NCBI GenBank assembly: GCA_040386275.1
Contig: JAZKFU010000003.1
Span: 112,554-172,382 of the forward strand
Length of the DNA: 59,829 nucleotides
Direction of reading: 5' to 3'
Origin: Patescibacteria group bacterium
Lineage (GTDB): Bacteria > Patescibacteriota > Minisyncoccia > Phycocordibacterales > UBA918
This document shows, in pieces, positions 1 to 9,971 of the stretch (position 1 is its first letter; each line of letters opens with the position of its first letter). The notes below the pieces were generated by a model, which was not told where the DNA came from, did no database searches, and was given only the letters and a program-made list of their open reading frames with translations. Made by a program: the position numbers and the translations under genes.

Positions 1-2
1 GG

Positions 3-248
3 ACGCGCCAATACGCCACCAACTTTCTCAAGTACAAAGGGGGCGATCCGCTTTCCCCCACTTCCTGGACGATGGCCAGCAACCCTTTGTTCCGGTACAA
101 AAAAGGAATTGGGCACGGTATGATTATTGAGGACAAAAATAATTGGTACTACGTGGGTCACTATAAAACTCAACAGAAGAAAGGTTGGGAAGACCGTCGT
201 ATCTTTTTTAGCAAGCTGTCTCCTCACTACCGAAAGAAATTACATTAA
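3..248 (+). CDS. 3' fragment of a gene truncated by the window edge; possibly a GH43-like beta-propeller glycoside hydrolase C-terminus
   Basis: Frame 3 is open from the edge to TAA at 246-248 (TRQYATNFLKY...GIGHGMIIEDKNNWYYVGHY...). GxGH followed by W-Y-x-x-x-H resembles GH43 C-terminal blades. Not in the ORF track. Confidence 0.35.
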   Translation, partial: TRQYATNFLKYKGGDPLSPTSWTMASNPLFRYKKGIGHGMIIEDKNNWYYVGHYKTQQKKGWEDRRIFFSKLSPHYRKKLH

Positions 249-259
249 AAACTATCGTT

Positions 260-289
260 AAGGGCCCCATCACATGATGTGGCCCTTTT
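260..289. terminator. hairpin between convergent genes, likely intrinsic terminator
   Basis: AAGGGCC...GGCCCTT inverted repeat followed by a T-run. Confidence 0.55.
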
Positions 290-299
290 CCTTACCACT

Positions 300-1697
300 T
301 TAATTACGGGCGCGCGAACCTAATATATGTTTGGATAAAATTTTATAGGTATCGTAGTCAAAAGGTAGTTCAATCTCCTCTTCAGAATGTCCCTCCGGTG
401 TGTAGTTAATTATTTTTTTAATTTGCCACTGATCGACCAGATAGGCCACACCTTCTGACGCCTGTTCATCCTCAGGAATAGTCACGGGGCCTTTGTAGGG
501 CCAGGAACGCAATTTCATTTTTTTAAAAGCCGTATCAAATCGCAGATTGTAGACAGCGGCATCTTCTAACCCGATACAGGCTCCTTTACAGCGACCTAGC
601 TGAAACTGAAAGCACGCGCCTTTCCCTGACTCCAGCCCTAGTAATTTTGGACACAAGGAATGTTCTTTAATGAGCGTTTCAAGACGCGCCTTTCCCGCAC
701 TCATGGTTTTAAACACCCCGTTGATTGTTTCATCATAGGAAAAAGTATCGTTAGCTTGATACGAAAGCGTTCCTGATTTGTAACCGGCAGGAGTATCAAT
801 AACTTTGAACACCACTAAGCGCGAAGTTTTTCGGAGGCGTCGATTATATTCTGGGAGCATTTCCTTTATATATTTTGACTCTTTAAGTAACGCAGAAAGC
901 TCGCCACTGGTTACCTCATGTTCAACATACGCCACCTTAGAAGTAAGCGCGCGCTCTTTGGGGGTGGTATGTGACTGACCAAAATGAGATCGAACCCGAC
1001 TTTTTATATCAACGCTCTTGCCAATATATAACAACCTATCTTCAGCATCGTAAAAAAAATAGACACCTGGTTGATGCGGTAATGATTCAATAACTTTCTC
1101 ATCAACTGTATCAGGTAAAATATAATTTACGAGCGCGGAGGTAATTACTTCTTCAATCCGTTCACGTGTGTGGGATTGTTGTGCACTTTGCAAAAACAAT
1201 ACTAACGCTTCACAATCTGCATAGGCCCGGTGACGCGCAGTCACTACAAGTCCATGCGCTGCAATAATATTTTCTAAACTATGACTTTTTTGACGTGGAA
1301 ACAGTTGCCGTGAAATTTTCACCGTACATAATGTTTTGGCATTAAAGGTAATACCTAACCGTTTGAATTCAGTTTTAATAAACCCATAATCAAACCGTGC
1401 ATTGTGGGCTACAAAAATTGCCCCTTCAAGCAACTGTTTAATTTCTAAGGCCACCTCATCAAACGTTGGCTTATCGTGCACATCTGAATTGGAAATGCCA
1501 GTAATGGTTGTGATGAAAGGACTAATTGATACTCCAGGATTAATTAACGTTTCGTATCGATCCGTAATGACGCCGTCTTCAACGCGGATAATTCCAATTT
1601 CAATAATTTGACCATAGCGTGCATGTGAGCCGGTAGTTTCAACATCAACAAACACATAGGTATCACCAGTGAGACTTTCAACATCGCGAACAATCAT
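300..1697 (-). CDS. DEDDh 3'-5' exonuclease (DnaQ/PolIII epsilon-like) fused to a GIY-YIG UvrC/Cho-like nuclease domain
   Basis: VFVDVETTG, VAHNARFD, HRAYADC (Exo I-III); PGVY...LLYIGKS...RVRSHF (GIY-YIG); Cys cluster CFQFQLGRCKGAC. Confidence 0.9.
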   Translation of the reverse strand: MIVRDVESLTGDTYVFVDVETTGSHARYGQIIEIGIIRVEDGVITDRYETLINPGVSISPFITTITGISNSDVHDKPTFDEVALEIKQLLEGAIFVAHNARFDYGFIKTEFKRLGITFNAKTLCTVKISRQLFPRQKSHSLENIIAAHGLVVTARHRAYADCEALVLFLQSAQQSHTRERIEEVITSALVNYILPDTVDEKVIESLPHQPGVYFFYDAEDRLLYIGKSVDIKSRVRSHFGQSHTTPKERALTSKVAYVEHEVTSGELSALLKESKYIKEMLPEYNRRLRKTSRLVVFKVIDTPAGYKSGTLSYQANDTFSYDETINGVFKTMSAGKARLETLIKEHSLCPKLLGLESGKGACFQFQLGRCKGACIGLEDAAVYNLRFDTAFKKMKLRSWPYKGPVTIPEDEQASEGVAYLVDQWQIKKIINYTPEGHSEEEIELPFDYDTYKILSKHILGSRARN

Positions 1698-1919
1698 ATA
1701 CGGGTATAGTAATCTAATTTAAAAACATATCAATTTGCAATATTTTCATTTCAAAAAATTGACTTTTTTGTCATTTTTCGTAACTGAATATGTTACTAAA
1801 TTATAACATTATTTTTATATTTCCCTAAAAACCGTGATATTTTTGTCCACAAAACTTTACAAAAAATTAGTTTTACGGTATTGACATTCCCCCACTTAAT
1901 TGGAGGGTATACTGTAGCG

Positions 1920-3485
1920 GTGAATAAAGTTCTTTCAATTTTTATTGTTCCAAATAGTCTCGTATTAATAATAATAGCAGTGGCGAGTATATTTGCAGCA
2001 AACACTTCATTATCAATTTTTGGTATTCCGGTAAGTACATTTGATTTTTCAACCAAAGCAAATGCCACCACCCTCTCTACCACTTTAAATCAAGTTGCAC
2101 TTTTACCTACCGTTTCTACCAGCAGTTCATCTCTTTTGTTACAAAATTTTACGATTGCCTGGCCAACTCAAAATCAGCCCGATGCCAACCTTCATACCTT
2201 TGAAGGAAAAATTGGTACCGTTTCGGAATCGCAATATTTAATGTTTTGGCAAGTAGGAGGCGGGGTATATACCCGCATGACCCCCAAGCAAAGTGGAGCA
2301 ACCAGCGTGTTTGCCAGCATAAACTTTTCGAGCTGGAAATGGCTTGGCGACGGCCCCTATGACCTTTCCTTTATCGTGCAAGACAGAAGTGGTAAAGAAT
2401 TGTTTAGAAAAAAAATCGCCATCAAGCGCTACACCGTTAATGGACAAACCATTATGTCATTAGCCGGGTCACAACCAACAACTGCTACTCCTAGTACCTC
2501 TGCTCCCGCGCCTACTACTTCCACTCCCGCGCCTGCTCCGATAGCAATTGTTGCCACCACTACCAATACAACCCCAACACCTATCACTACTACAACAACC
2601 GGAAAACGATTTGCCGGCAAAACTCTCTACCTCCACCCAAATCAAGCAACGGTTCAAAAACAAATCTTTGATGCTAATAACAACATTACTCAAAGTGCTT
2701 TAATTAATGTCATTGCTAAACAACCCCAAGCCGTTTGGCTTACCCGAGGTAATGACCAGGACCTACAGTTGGTACGGGACATTATGGCTAAATCAACTAC
2801 CACTGCCATTCCGACATTTGTAATTTACGCTATCCCGAACCGAGACTGTAATTCATATTCTCGTGGTGGTTTAGGAAATGGCACACTGTATCTCGACTGG
2901 ATTAAAAAGCTAGCTGAAACCGTTAGTACTAAACCGTCCATTATAATCTTTGAACCTGATGCTCTTCCCCAAATTTCTTGCCTCACCACGAGCGATCAGA
3001 CAACTCGACTAGCACTCATAAAAGAATCCTTACGTGTCTTGGGGAGTAAAAGTGCGACCGCAGTCTACCTCGATATTGGACACCCCTTTTGGCTTTCTCC
3101 AACTGTAGCGGTTGACCGTTTACAAAAAGCTGGTGTGAGCTACGTGCGTGGGTTCTCATTAAATGTTTCCAATTTCTTTACTAATGCAGAAAACATTACC
3201 TACGGAGAACAAATCTCGGCCAAACTCAACGGCATGCCGTATGTGATTGACAGCAGTCGTAATGGTAAGGGCGCTACCCTCACTAAAGAGTGGTGTAACC
3301 CCGCTGGTCGCGCGTTAGGAACCACCCCTCAATTTGTCACCACCCATCCTCGGGTTGATGCCTATCTCTGGATTAAACACCCGGGCGAGTCTGACGGAAC
3401 CTGTAATGGTGGACCAAGAGCCGGCGCCTGGTGGTTAGAGAATGCACTTTCCTATGTACGGGAAACCCAGCGACTCACCAATTAA
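1920..3485 (+). CDS. secreted/anchored glycoside hydrolase family 6 (cellulase-like) with N-terminal accessory domain and Thr/Pro linker
   Basis: VIYAIPNRDC, IIFEPDAL, VYLDIGH, GFSLNVSNF, VIDSSRNG, WCNPAGRALG, WIKHPGESDGTC are GH6 motifs. Hydrophobic N-terminus. GTG at 1920 follows TATACT. Confidence 0.88.
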   Translation: MNKVLSIFIVPNSLVLIIIAVASIFAANTSLSIFGIPVSTFDFSTKANATTLSTTLNQVALLPTVSTSSSSLLLQNFTIAWPTQNQPDANLHTFEGKIGTVSESQYLMFWQVGGGVYTRMTPKQSGATSVFASINFSSWKWLGDGPYDLSFIVQDRSGKELFRKKIAIKRYTVNGQTIMSLAGSQPTTATPSTSAPAPTTSTPAPAPIAIVATTTNTTPTPITTTTTGKRFAGKTLYLHPNQATVQKQIFDANNNITQSALINVIAKQPQAVWLTRGNDQDLQLVRDIMAKSTTTAIPTFVIYAIPNRDCNSYSRGGLGNGTLYLDWIKKLAETVSTKPSIIIFEPDALPQISCLTTSDQTTRLALIKESLRVLGSKSATAVYLDIGHPFWLSPTVAVDRLQKAGVSYVRGFSLNVSNFFTNAENITYGEQISAKLNGMPYVIDSSRNGKGATLTKEWCNPAGRALGTTPQFVTTHPRVDAYLWIKHPGESDGTCNGGPRAGAWWLENALSYVRETQRLTN

Positions 3486-4963
3486 TTAGTCAAAGTATAG
3501 TCCATGTCGTACCGTAACCGGTAGACGTAGACATGCACATCACGAGAAAATTCTAGACTCTCTTCACGGTCAAAAGTAGCATCAAAATAACTTTTGATGG
3601 AATCTTCATACCCTTGATCATAACTTAACACTAAATATAATCGTTCATGCGTTCCGGCAATAGCCGCCACCTCATTGGGCAAATTATCGATATCAAAGTC
3701 AGGAATAATTTTTTCGGTATTACGATTCCATTGCGGTAAGGTGGTGATTTTTGCCGGGCCAGTGTAATAATATAAAATCGGATACACAATAAATGGTGCT
3801 GATACTACGACGATATCTTCTCCACCCACAGCCGAACTTAAATACGAACTAGCCGCACTATAGTTTTCCTTATTAGGCGTATCTGGAGATTTTAACTGCA
3901 CCACCAACCCTAGTGCCATACACAGAACTAAGGTTGTCTTGTAGAAAAATGCGGCGGTAGGTGCGTAGACATCTCCTAACCGAGCAATCAAAAGAAACAG
4001 GGGCGGTAACACAATAATCAAGTACCGACTTAAAAATAACGGTTGGTACAATACACTAATCAGATACGCGCATAGTAGCGGGACCAGTGTAGCTACCCAC
4101 AAAAATCGTGTCTCAGGTCGGGGGGCGCTTTTTTTATTAAGCCCTAAAAATAAGAGCACTAGAAGGATGGGCCAGCACGCCAAAATAATACTGTTAATAG
4201 CATCAACTTGAAAGCCAAAAAAGAAATTTGAAAATACGTTAAAAATATCAATACTCGTTGGTGGATTTAAAATTGGCTGTGACTCCTCCACCCCTTCCCC
4301 ACTAAACACTTTAAGTAACCAGGGCAAAAAAGCAGCAATCACTAAGAGTACAATTGCTAAAAACGGGAGCAGTTGTCCTTGTGTAAAATTTTTGCGCATC
4401 GTCCCAAAAAAGAATACAAAGTGTGAGAGTAAAACGAGAAAGAAAAAGTAGTGGGTATAAATTCCTAAAAGACAACACACCGCGTACGCCCACCACGTTA
4501 GCGTGGTTGGTTCACGCATGAGCCTGAGGTAGAAAAAATGAACGAGAATGGTTACTAAAATCAACATCGTGTACATTCTAATTTCGCTACTGAACCACAC
4601 CAAAAATGGTGAGATGCCGTACAGTGTCGTTGCAAAAAAGGCGGTATTCCGTCCGTAAATATATGCTCCCAGCCCATAAAAAACCGGCACCGAAATAAGA
4701 TAAAACACAAATGAGAACGCTCGACTAATGAAAATTGAATTATCAAACACTACTTGTACGCCATGCACTAACAAGTGATACAACGGCACGTGAACATTTT
4801 GTGAAAGTGAAATTAGTAGTTCTCGAATCGAGAAACTGGTTTGCCATAAACTTTGTGACTCATCAAGACGTATTGATAACGGCAGGCTGTAATTGATAAA
4901 TACCCACACCGCCAAAAGCTGCAGGAACATAATCCAGAGGTAATGTTTATCAAATGATTTCAT
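3482..4963 (-). CDS. GT-C fold membrane glycosyltransferase (GT39/PMT_2/ArnT-like)
   Basis: SIRLDESQS (DE motif in first loop), HVPLYH, SPFLVWFSSEIRMY, LGIYTHYFF, many TM helices. Confidence 0.85.
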   Translation of the reverse strand: MKSFDKHYLWIMFLQLLAVWVFINYSLPLSIRLDESQSLWQTSFSIRELLISLSQNVHVPLYHLLVHGVQVVFDNSIFISRAFSFVFYLISVPVFYGLGAYIYGRNTAFFATTLYGISPFLVWFSSEIRMYTMLILVTILVHFFYLRLMREPTTLTWWAYAVCCLLGIYTHYFFFLVLLSHFVFFFGTMRKNFTQGQLLPFLAIVLLVIAAFLPWLLKVFSGEGVEESQPILNPPTSIDIFNVFSNFFFGFQVDAINSIILACWPILLVLLFLGLNKKSAPRPETRFLWVATLVPLLCAYLISVLYQPLFLSRYLIIVLPPLFLLIARLGDVYAPTAAFFYKTTLVLCMALGLVVQLKSPDTPNKENYSAASSYLSSAVGGEDIVVVSAPFIVYPILYYYTGPAKITTLPQWNRNTEKIIPDFDIDNLPNEVAAIAGTHERLYLVLSYDQGYEDSIKSYFDATFDREESLEFSRDVHVYVYRLRYDMDYTLTN

Positions 4964-6507
4964 AGGTGGAACGATAATATTTGCGCTAATTTGTGTTTAA
5001 AACTGACTCGTTTTACTTTAAAATATTCTCTTCCCGGTAACGCCGCATACATAAACGGTGCGTAAATTGTTACATAGAGTAAACTCCAGGTAGCGTTGGT
5101 GGTAAGTGAAGGCGTAATCCCACTTTTACTGTAGGAATACAAAATTCCAATAACAGTTAAAATTATGTAATAGAGATGTGGTCGCACTAAGGAAAAAAAG
5201 TTACCTTCTACCTGGACTTTAGAAGTAATCGCAAAACCGGTTTTTTTACCACGCAGTACTTCGAAAAACGCGACTATATGAATCCACCAAGATGACATCG
5301 AGAACGATAGCGCTCGAAACGAGTACGTATAGTTACTCGCTGTCTGGAGATTAAAGAGCGTCAATATGATGTACGGCATAAAGGCAATAGCCAGGATCAT
5401 CGTTGAGGTTTTAAATGGTACCGCTCCCGTGTAGAAAAATATTAGTGGCAACAATGAATTAATAAATATAATTAACCCTGACAAATAATATCCAGCCGAG
5501 GCTAAATATTGGAATCGTTGCGACCACGCGAGTCCACGACGAAATAGTGGATTATAGTTTATAAACACTTCAAGACTGCCCTTAGTCCACCGCAACTGTT
5601 GCTTGTAATACGAAAGAAAATCTTCCGGGGCCAACCCTTCGGCGAGAACTTCTGGCACATACACTGATTTCCAACCTTTTTCATGCAAAAACATACCGGT
5701 GATAAAATCTTCGGCAATATTATCCGCGCACATTCCACCTACTTCAAGTAAGGCATCCCGTCTAATGACCATATTGGTACCCGCCATGGTCACTGAATTT
5801 AATCTATTTTTACCCATGCAGATAGTCCCAAAAAATATTTGTTGTTGATCCCAGGCTCCCCTCGTCACCGTATTTTTTTTATAATTTTTATAGTATTGAG
5901 GAGTCTGCACAAACCCAACATTTTCATCAACAAAATACCCGATGGTTTTGCGTAAAAAATCCTTTTTAGGAACGTGGTCCGCATCAAAAATTACCACAAA
6001 GGGTGAACGGGTAACGGTGAGCGCATGGTTAATATTCCCTGCCTTGGCCCCGCCAGGAATTCTGCGGGTAATCGGATTAGCACCTAACATGCGGGCCATA
6101 TTATTTATTTCAGGCCAATTATCTTTACCCGCCACGTAGCCATCGTTCAAAATATGCACTTTGAATTTTGGGTAATCCATATCCAACGCAGCAGAGACCG
6201 TTTGCGCCACCAACTCTACTGGTTCCCCCGCTACTGTAATGAACACATCAACCATCGGTAAAAAGCTGGCATCAGTTTGTGCCTGGTAGTTTGTTTCCCA
6301 TACCGTGTAGAGATGCGAGAAACATTGCCATAAATAAAACGCTTGTCCAAAAAGCAAAATTGCAAATAAATAGATATTACTAATTTCAAACCAGACCAAA
6401 ATGACGATAAAGTACACCAGTAACAAAATGCCGTTTACGATAATTAACCCCTTTGAGACGTGAGGATGTAAGAAAGCTTGCGCGTGATTGAGGGAGGTAT
6501 TTTTCAT
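4960..6507 (-). CDS. cellulose-synthase-like processive GT2 (BcsA/CesA-like, no PilZ domain)
   Basis: DVFITVAGEP, KAGNINHAL, IFDADH, VQTPQ, AEDF, QQLRW (D,D,D,QxxRW) plus flanking TM helices. Confidence 0.88.
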   Translation of the reverse strand: MKNTSLNHAQAFLHPHVSKGLIIVNGILLLVYFIVILVWFEISNIYLFAILLFGQAFYLWQCFSHLYTVWETNYQAQTDASFLPMVDVFITVAGEPVELVAQTVSAALDMDYPKFKVHILNDGYVAGKDNWPEINNMARMLGANPITRRIPGGAKAGNINHALTVTRSPFVVIFDADHVPKKDFLRKTIGYFVDENVGFVQTPQYYKNYKKNTVTRGAWDQQQIFFGTICMGKNRLNSVTMAGTNMVIRRDALLEVGGMCADNIAEDFITGMFLHEKGWKSVYVPEVLAEGLAPEDFLSYYKQQLRWTKGSLEVFINYNPLFRRGLAWSQRFQYLASAGYYLSGLIIFINSLLPLIFFYTGAVPFKTSTMILAIAFMPYIILTLFNLQTASNYTYSFRALSFSMSSWWIHIVAFFEVLRGKKTGFAITSKVQVEGNFFSLVRPHLYYIILTVIGILYSYSKSGITPSLTTNATWSLLYVTIYAPFMYAALPGREYFKVKRVSFKHKLAQILSFHL

Positions 6508-8057
6508 ATAGTAGTATCAGTTAAAAACCGTTCGGTGTAGTTCGGTAAGCGATTGTTATAAAACGCTATCCCAAACCAACCCCAGTTACTTCCGTAGTAG
6601 CCTGGATCAGTCACCCATAAAAATTTATTGCGATCGTACTGGTTGATTATTTTTGTATTGTAAATAGCTTCGGCAGTCTCCGGGTGCATAATCGCAAAAT
6701 ACGGTAATGTCCCCGCATACATTTCCATTTTTTCTTCGGCTTCAATAATTACCCCATCATGACTCACTACTGAGGGGAGATATCCATTTTCTAACCACAG
6801 TCGTTCCAAATACCAAAAGTCTCGCAGTGCGGTTAAGGCCCGTGGGTCCTTAAACCACTTATAATCAAGCGCAATTCTCCAGGGGGTTCGCAAAGCGTCA
6901 TACCCGAAATTTGTATTTAGATTGGGCTGTACCGCCGCTCTGATTTCGCCGGTATCACGATTTACTTCAATCCAATTAGGGGTCAGCCACACCGAGTGTG
7001 ATTTATCTAACGCCAAGCGTGCACTGCGCTCATATATTTCATATGAACTGTCGACCAGACCATCCCAATTATGGGTGGTATCAATTTGCGCAAAGACTTT
7101 AAAGGCGTAGGGCGCTAAATACGACGGGTTAATAATGAGCCACGGATCGGTAGAATCTTTTTCGCGGTTATTAGCCATTAAATACGGCACACCATCAATC
7201 TCTACTACTTCATTATCCCAAACACTATTTATAATGGCTCGACCTTCATTCAGATAAGTTTCATTTCCCCACCGGCCGTAGCCTAAAAATAATGCTAGAG
7301 CAATATCAATATCACTATCTGAGGCAGTATTTTCTCCCCCAATATTATTAAGGACGCCATAACTACCATCGGGTAATTGTCCGAACTTCCACGATAGCAA
7401 AAAGTCATCCCGTAATAAATTATCTTTGGTCCAATCCCACGTAAATTCAAACGTTTCGATATCGTCCATAAATACCGCGCGTAACATACTGTAACTTTGA
7501 CCTTCAGAAGTCGTAATATTTCCCTCCTCTTTGTCTAAAGTTCGACCTGAGGTAGGTTCGATATACACGACTTTGTATTCCGTCCACATTGCTTCCAAGG
7601 CATCAATCGCACTGTACAGCGGAGGTTGATAGACACGCTCTTTCGTGACGCTTAAGTACAGTACCGTACCGGCAATTCCTAAAAAAACTAATGTGGCCAG
7701 CAAAAAACTACGTTCGGGCCACAAGGATTTGGTGGGCGGTACAATTGCAGACTCTTCAAGCAGCGCCGCATTGGGTGCTTTGTAGTAAATAAATAAATTG
7801 CGAAGATAAATGAGTAAACTTAATCCTTGACCTACAATAAAAACAATATCTTGTTTATAGATAGCATAGATTAAAATCATCAACGCTCCGAGGATACTGA
7901 GGTACCAAAATGAAACCGGAATAGTGGTTCGTTTATTTTTTTCTGAAGCTAGTAGCTGCACGACAAACCGTAAAAAAAATATAAACTGGGCGGTGAAGCC
8001 AAAAATTACCCAGGGATTTGCCAGTGATTCAAATAACGGTATCAGGACATTAGACAT
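6504..8057 (-). CDS. fusion of lipid-A-biosynthesis N-terminal (LAB_N) membrane domain and glycoside hydrolase family 8 (BcsZ-like endoglucanase)
   Basis: N-term GFTAQFIFFLRFVVQLLASEK...IPVSFWYLSILG...DIVFIVGQ (LAB_N); C-term TTSEGQSY, ASDSDIDIALAL, INPSYLAP, GYDALRTPWR (GH8). Confidence 0.85.
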   Translation of the reverse strand: MSNVLIPLFESLANPWVIFGFTAQFIFFLRFVVQLLASEKNKRTTIPVSFWYLSILGALMILIYAIYKQDIVFIVGQGLSLLIYLRNLFIYYKAPNAALLEESAIVPPTKSLWPERSFLLATLVFLGIAGTVLYLSVTKERVYQPPLYSAIDALEAMWTEYKVVYIEPTSGRTLDKEEGNITTSEGQSYSMLRAVFMDDIETFEFTWDWTKDNLLRDDFLLSWKFGQLPDGSYGVLNNIGGENTASDSDIDIALALFLGYGRWGNETYLNEGRAIINSVWDNEVVEIDGVPYLMANNREKDSTDPWLIINPSYLAPYAFKVFAQIDTTHNWDGLVDSSYEIYERSARLALDKSHSVWLTPNWIEVNRDTGEIRAAVQPNLNTNFGYDALRTPWRIALDYKWFKDPRALTALRDFWYLERLWLENGYLPSVVSHDGVIIEAEEKMEMYAGTLPYFAIMHPETAEAIYNTKIINQYDRNKFLWVTDPGYYGSNWGWFGIAFYNNRLPNYTERFLTDTTI

Positions 8058-9003
8058 TTTCTTGGATGTTATGGACTGAGTAATTCATACGGTTATGGAC
8101 TTTGTAATACGTTTTGGCGAGCAAATCAGTCACAATACCAATGGTAAAAAATTGTATACCCGTGAGAACAAAGGTAACTGCAATTAAGGGCCATATTTTA
8201 TTAGCGAGACTGACATCAAAAAATAATCGCACGATAAACAGCGCAACCAGCAATACGGCACCGACAAAAATCAGCATCATGCCAAAACCCCCCAATATAT
8301 GGAGGGATCGGGCAGAATAGCGAGACCAAAATGAAACAAAAATCATATCAACGAGACTTTTAAAGCCCCGAATAATATTTCCGTATTTACTTGAACCGTA
8401 AATTCGCGGACGATGATTGACAATCACTTCGGTTATCTTAAATCCACGTTCGGCTAAAATTGCCGGTATAAAGCGATGCATTTCACCGTACAAATCTGCT
8501 TCTTCAAAACATTCTCGTCGATAGGCCTTTAGGGCACAGCCCGAATCATGAATGGTGTCGTTAAAGAAAAATTTACGTAACTGATTTGCTACTCGAGAAG
8601 TAATTTTTTTTGACCATGTATCCTGACGCTTTTTGCGCCAACCACACACTACGTCATACCCTTCTTCGATTTTTGCTAACAATTTTGGAATATCCGCTGG
8701 ATCATTTTGCAAATCTCCATCCATCGTCACAAAAATATCTCCGGCGGCATTTTTAAAGCCAGCATCAAACGCAGCTGTTTGTCCGTAATTTTTTCGTAAG
8801 GCAATTAATTTTAAAGGTCGTAACTCCTTACATTTTTTATACGTCGCATCAGTGGAACCATCATCAATAAAGACAATTTCCCACTGGTGCGGGAGGGGTG
8901 TTAACACCCGAACCAATTCTTGATGGAGCAAGGTAACATTTCCTGCTTCGTTATAGACAGGAACTATCACCGACAATGAAGGCAGAGAGTTTTTTTCAAA
9001 CAT
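8050..9003 (-). CDS. DPM1/ArnC-like polyprenol-phosphate glycosyltransferase (GT2) with two C-terminal TM helices
   Basis: SVIVPVYNE, FIDDGSTD, RKNYGQTAA, TMDGDLQNDP, DSGCALKAYR, GEMHRFIP. Confidence 0.92.
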   Translation of the reverse strand: MFEKNSLPSLSVIVPVYNEAGNVTLLHQELVRVLTPLPHQWEIVFIDDGSTDATYKKCKELRPLKLIALRKNYGQTAAFDAGFKNAAGDIFVTMDGDLQNDPADIPKLLAKIEEGYDVVCGWRKKRQDTWSKKITSRVANQLRKFFFNDTIHDSGCALKAYRRECFEEADLYGEMHRFIPAILAERGFKITEVIVNHRPRIYGSSKYGNIIRGFKSLVDMIFVSFWSRYSARSLHILGGFGMMLIFVGAVLLVALFIVRLFFDVSLANKIWPLIAVTFVLTGIQFFTIGIVTDLLAKTYYKVHNRMNYSVHNIQENV

Positions 9004-9137
9004 ACATTTTTTTTAGATTAATTTCTAACTCCTCCAGCAGGTGTTGCAGGTATCGTTATAGTCAAAATTGTATGACTCCCCACTACAAAAATATTTGAGA
9101 AGAAATTATCGCAACCAGGCAATTACTGCCACACTAG

Positions 9138-9653
9138 TTAGTTTGTGTATTGCTGAATTTCACGAGCATTTGTTTTTTCAAACACTTCTCGTGCATTAGG
9201 ATTATCAGTCCGAGCGGCCACTAAAATTTCCCCTTTTTCAATATATGATTGATACATGTTGGCATCAGTCTCTTGCACTCCCATATTTGTTAAAGCTCCA
9301 ATCAAACCTCCGGCTGCTGCTCCCGTTGCTGCTCCCGCTACAGTGGTAGCTGCCGCTCCGGTTAGACCTAATGCCGCTGCTAGCGGTCCCGCCACGAACA
9401 AAGATCCGAGACCCGGCAAAATTCCGTTTGCTACTACCAATCCGGCAATACCGCCAATAACTGCTCCAACAGTACCGCCATCAACGGCACCTTGAGCCAT
9501 GGATTCACCAGTAGTACCATCGGTCATTTCACCTTTTTTATCTGAATACACGTATGAAATATCGTCTTGTTGTATTCCTAGCGCAATAAGTTGTTTAATT
9601 GCTGATTCAGCTTCAGCGCGAGTCTGATAAACACCTAAGGTGACTGTGTTCAT
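9138..9653 (-). CDS. general stress protein / glycine-zipper membrane protein (YflT-like N-terminus)
   Basis: TLGVYQTRAEAESAIKQL, GAVIGGIAGL...IPGLGSLFVAGPLAAALG...GGLIGALTNMGV; likely start at 9653. Confidence 0.75.
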   Translation of the reverse strand: MNTVTLGVYQTRAEAESAIKQLIALGIQQDDISYVYSDKKGEMTDGTTGESMAQGAVDGGTVGAVIGGIAGLVVANGILPGLGSLFVAGPLAAALGLTGAAATTVAGAATGAAAGGLIGALTNMGVQETDANMYQSYIEKGEILVAARTDNPNAREVFEKTNAREIQQYTN

Positions 9654-9813
9654 ATTGTATTTGAAATTAACGTTGATTATAAGCTTCATTTCATTATAGC
9701 AAGCAGGGCTACCTGAGTCAATAAAAGTTATTAATTATTGTCAACATATTTTGCCAAGTAGTATTATGTATCTTATAACTTTTGAAAAACTAGTCCAGCA
9801 GAGGGCCTAACTA

Positions 9814-9843
9814 TTGACAATACGGCAATTATAGTGTTATAAT
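9814..9843 (+). promoter_or_regulatory. sigma70-type promoter
   Basis: TTGACA (9814-9819), 18 nt spacer, TG-n-TATAAT (9838-9843), upstream of the GH gene at 9972. Confidence 0.65.
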
Positions 9844-9971
9844 TTGGCATCATTACAGATTAATTTCCCTGTAATACATGACCGTGTTCACCGTCATTAC
9901 TATACGTGAACTCCCCTGCCACATATCAATGTGGGCTTTTATTTTCAAAACACTAAACCTCCCAATTACAT

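Noticed and set aside
300-1697. DEDD exonuclease-GIY-YIG fusion as a novelty
   Set aside because: This is a known, widespread architecture (DnaQ-UvrC/Cho-like).
2460-2600. Low-complexity ACT/CCT-rich tract as a DNA repeat element
   Set aside because: Explained by the Thr/Pro/Ala linker of the GH6 protein.
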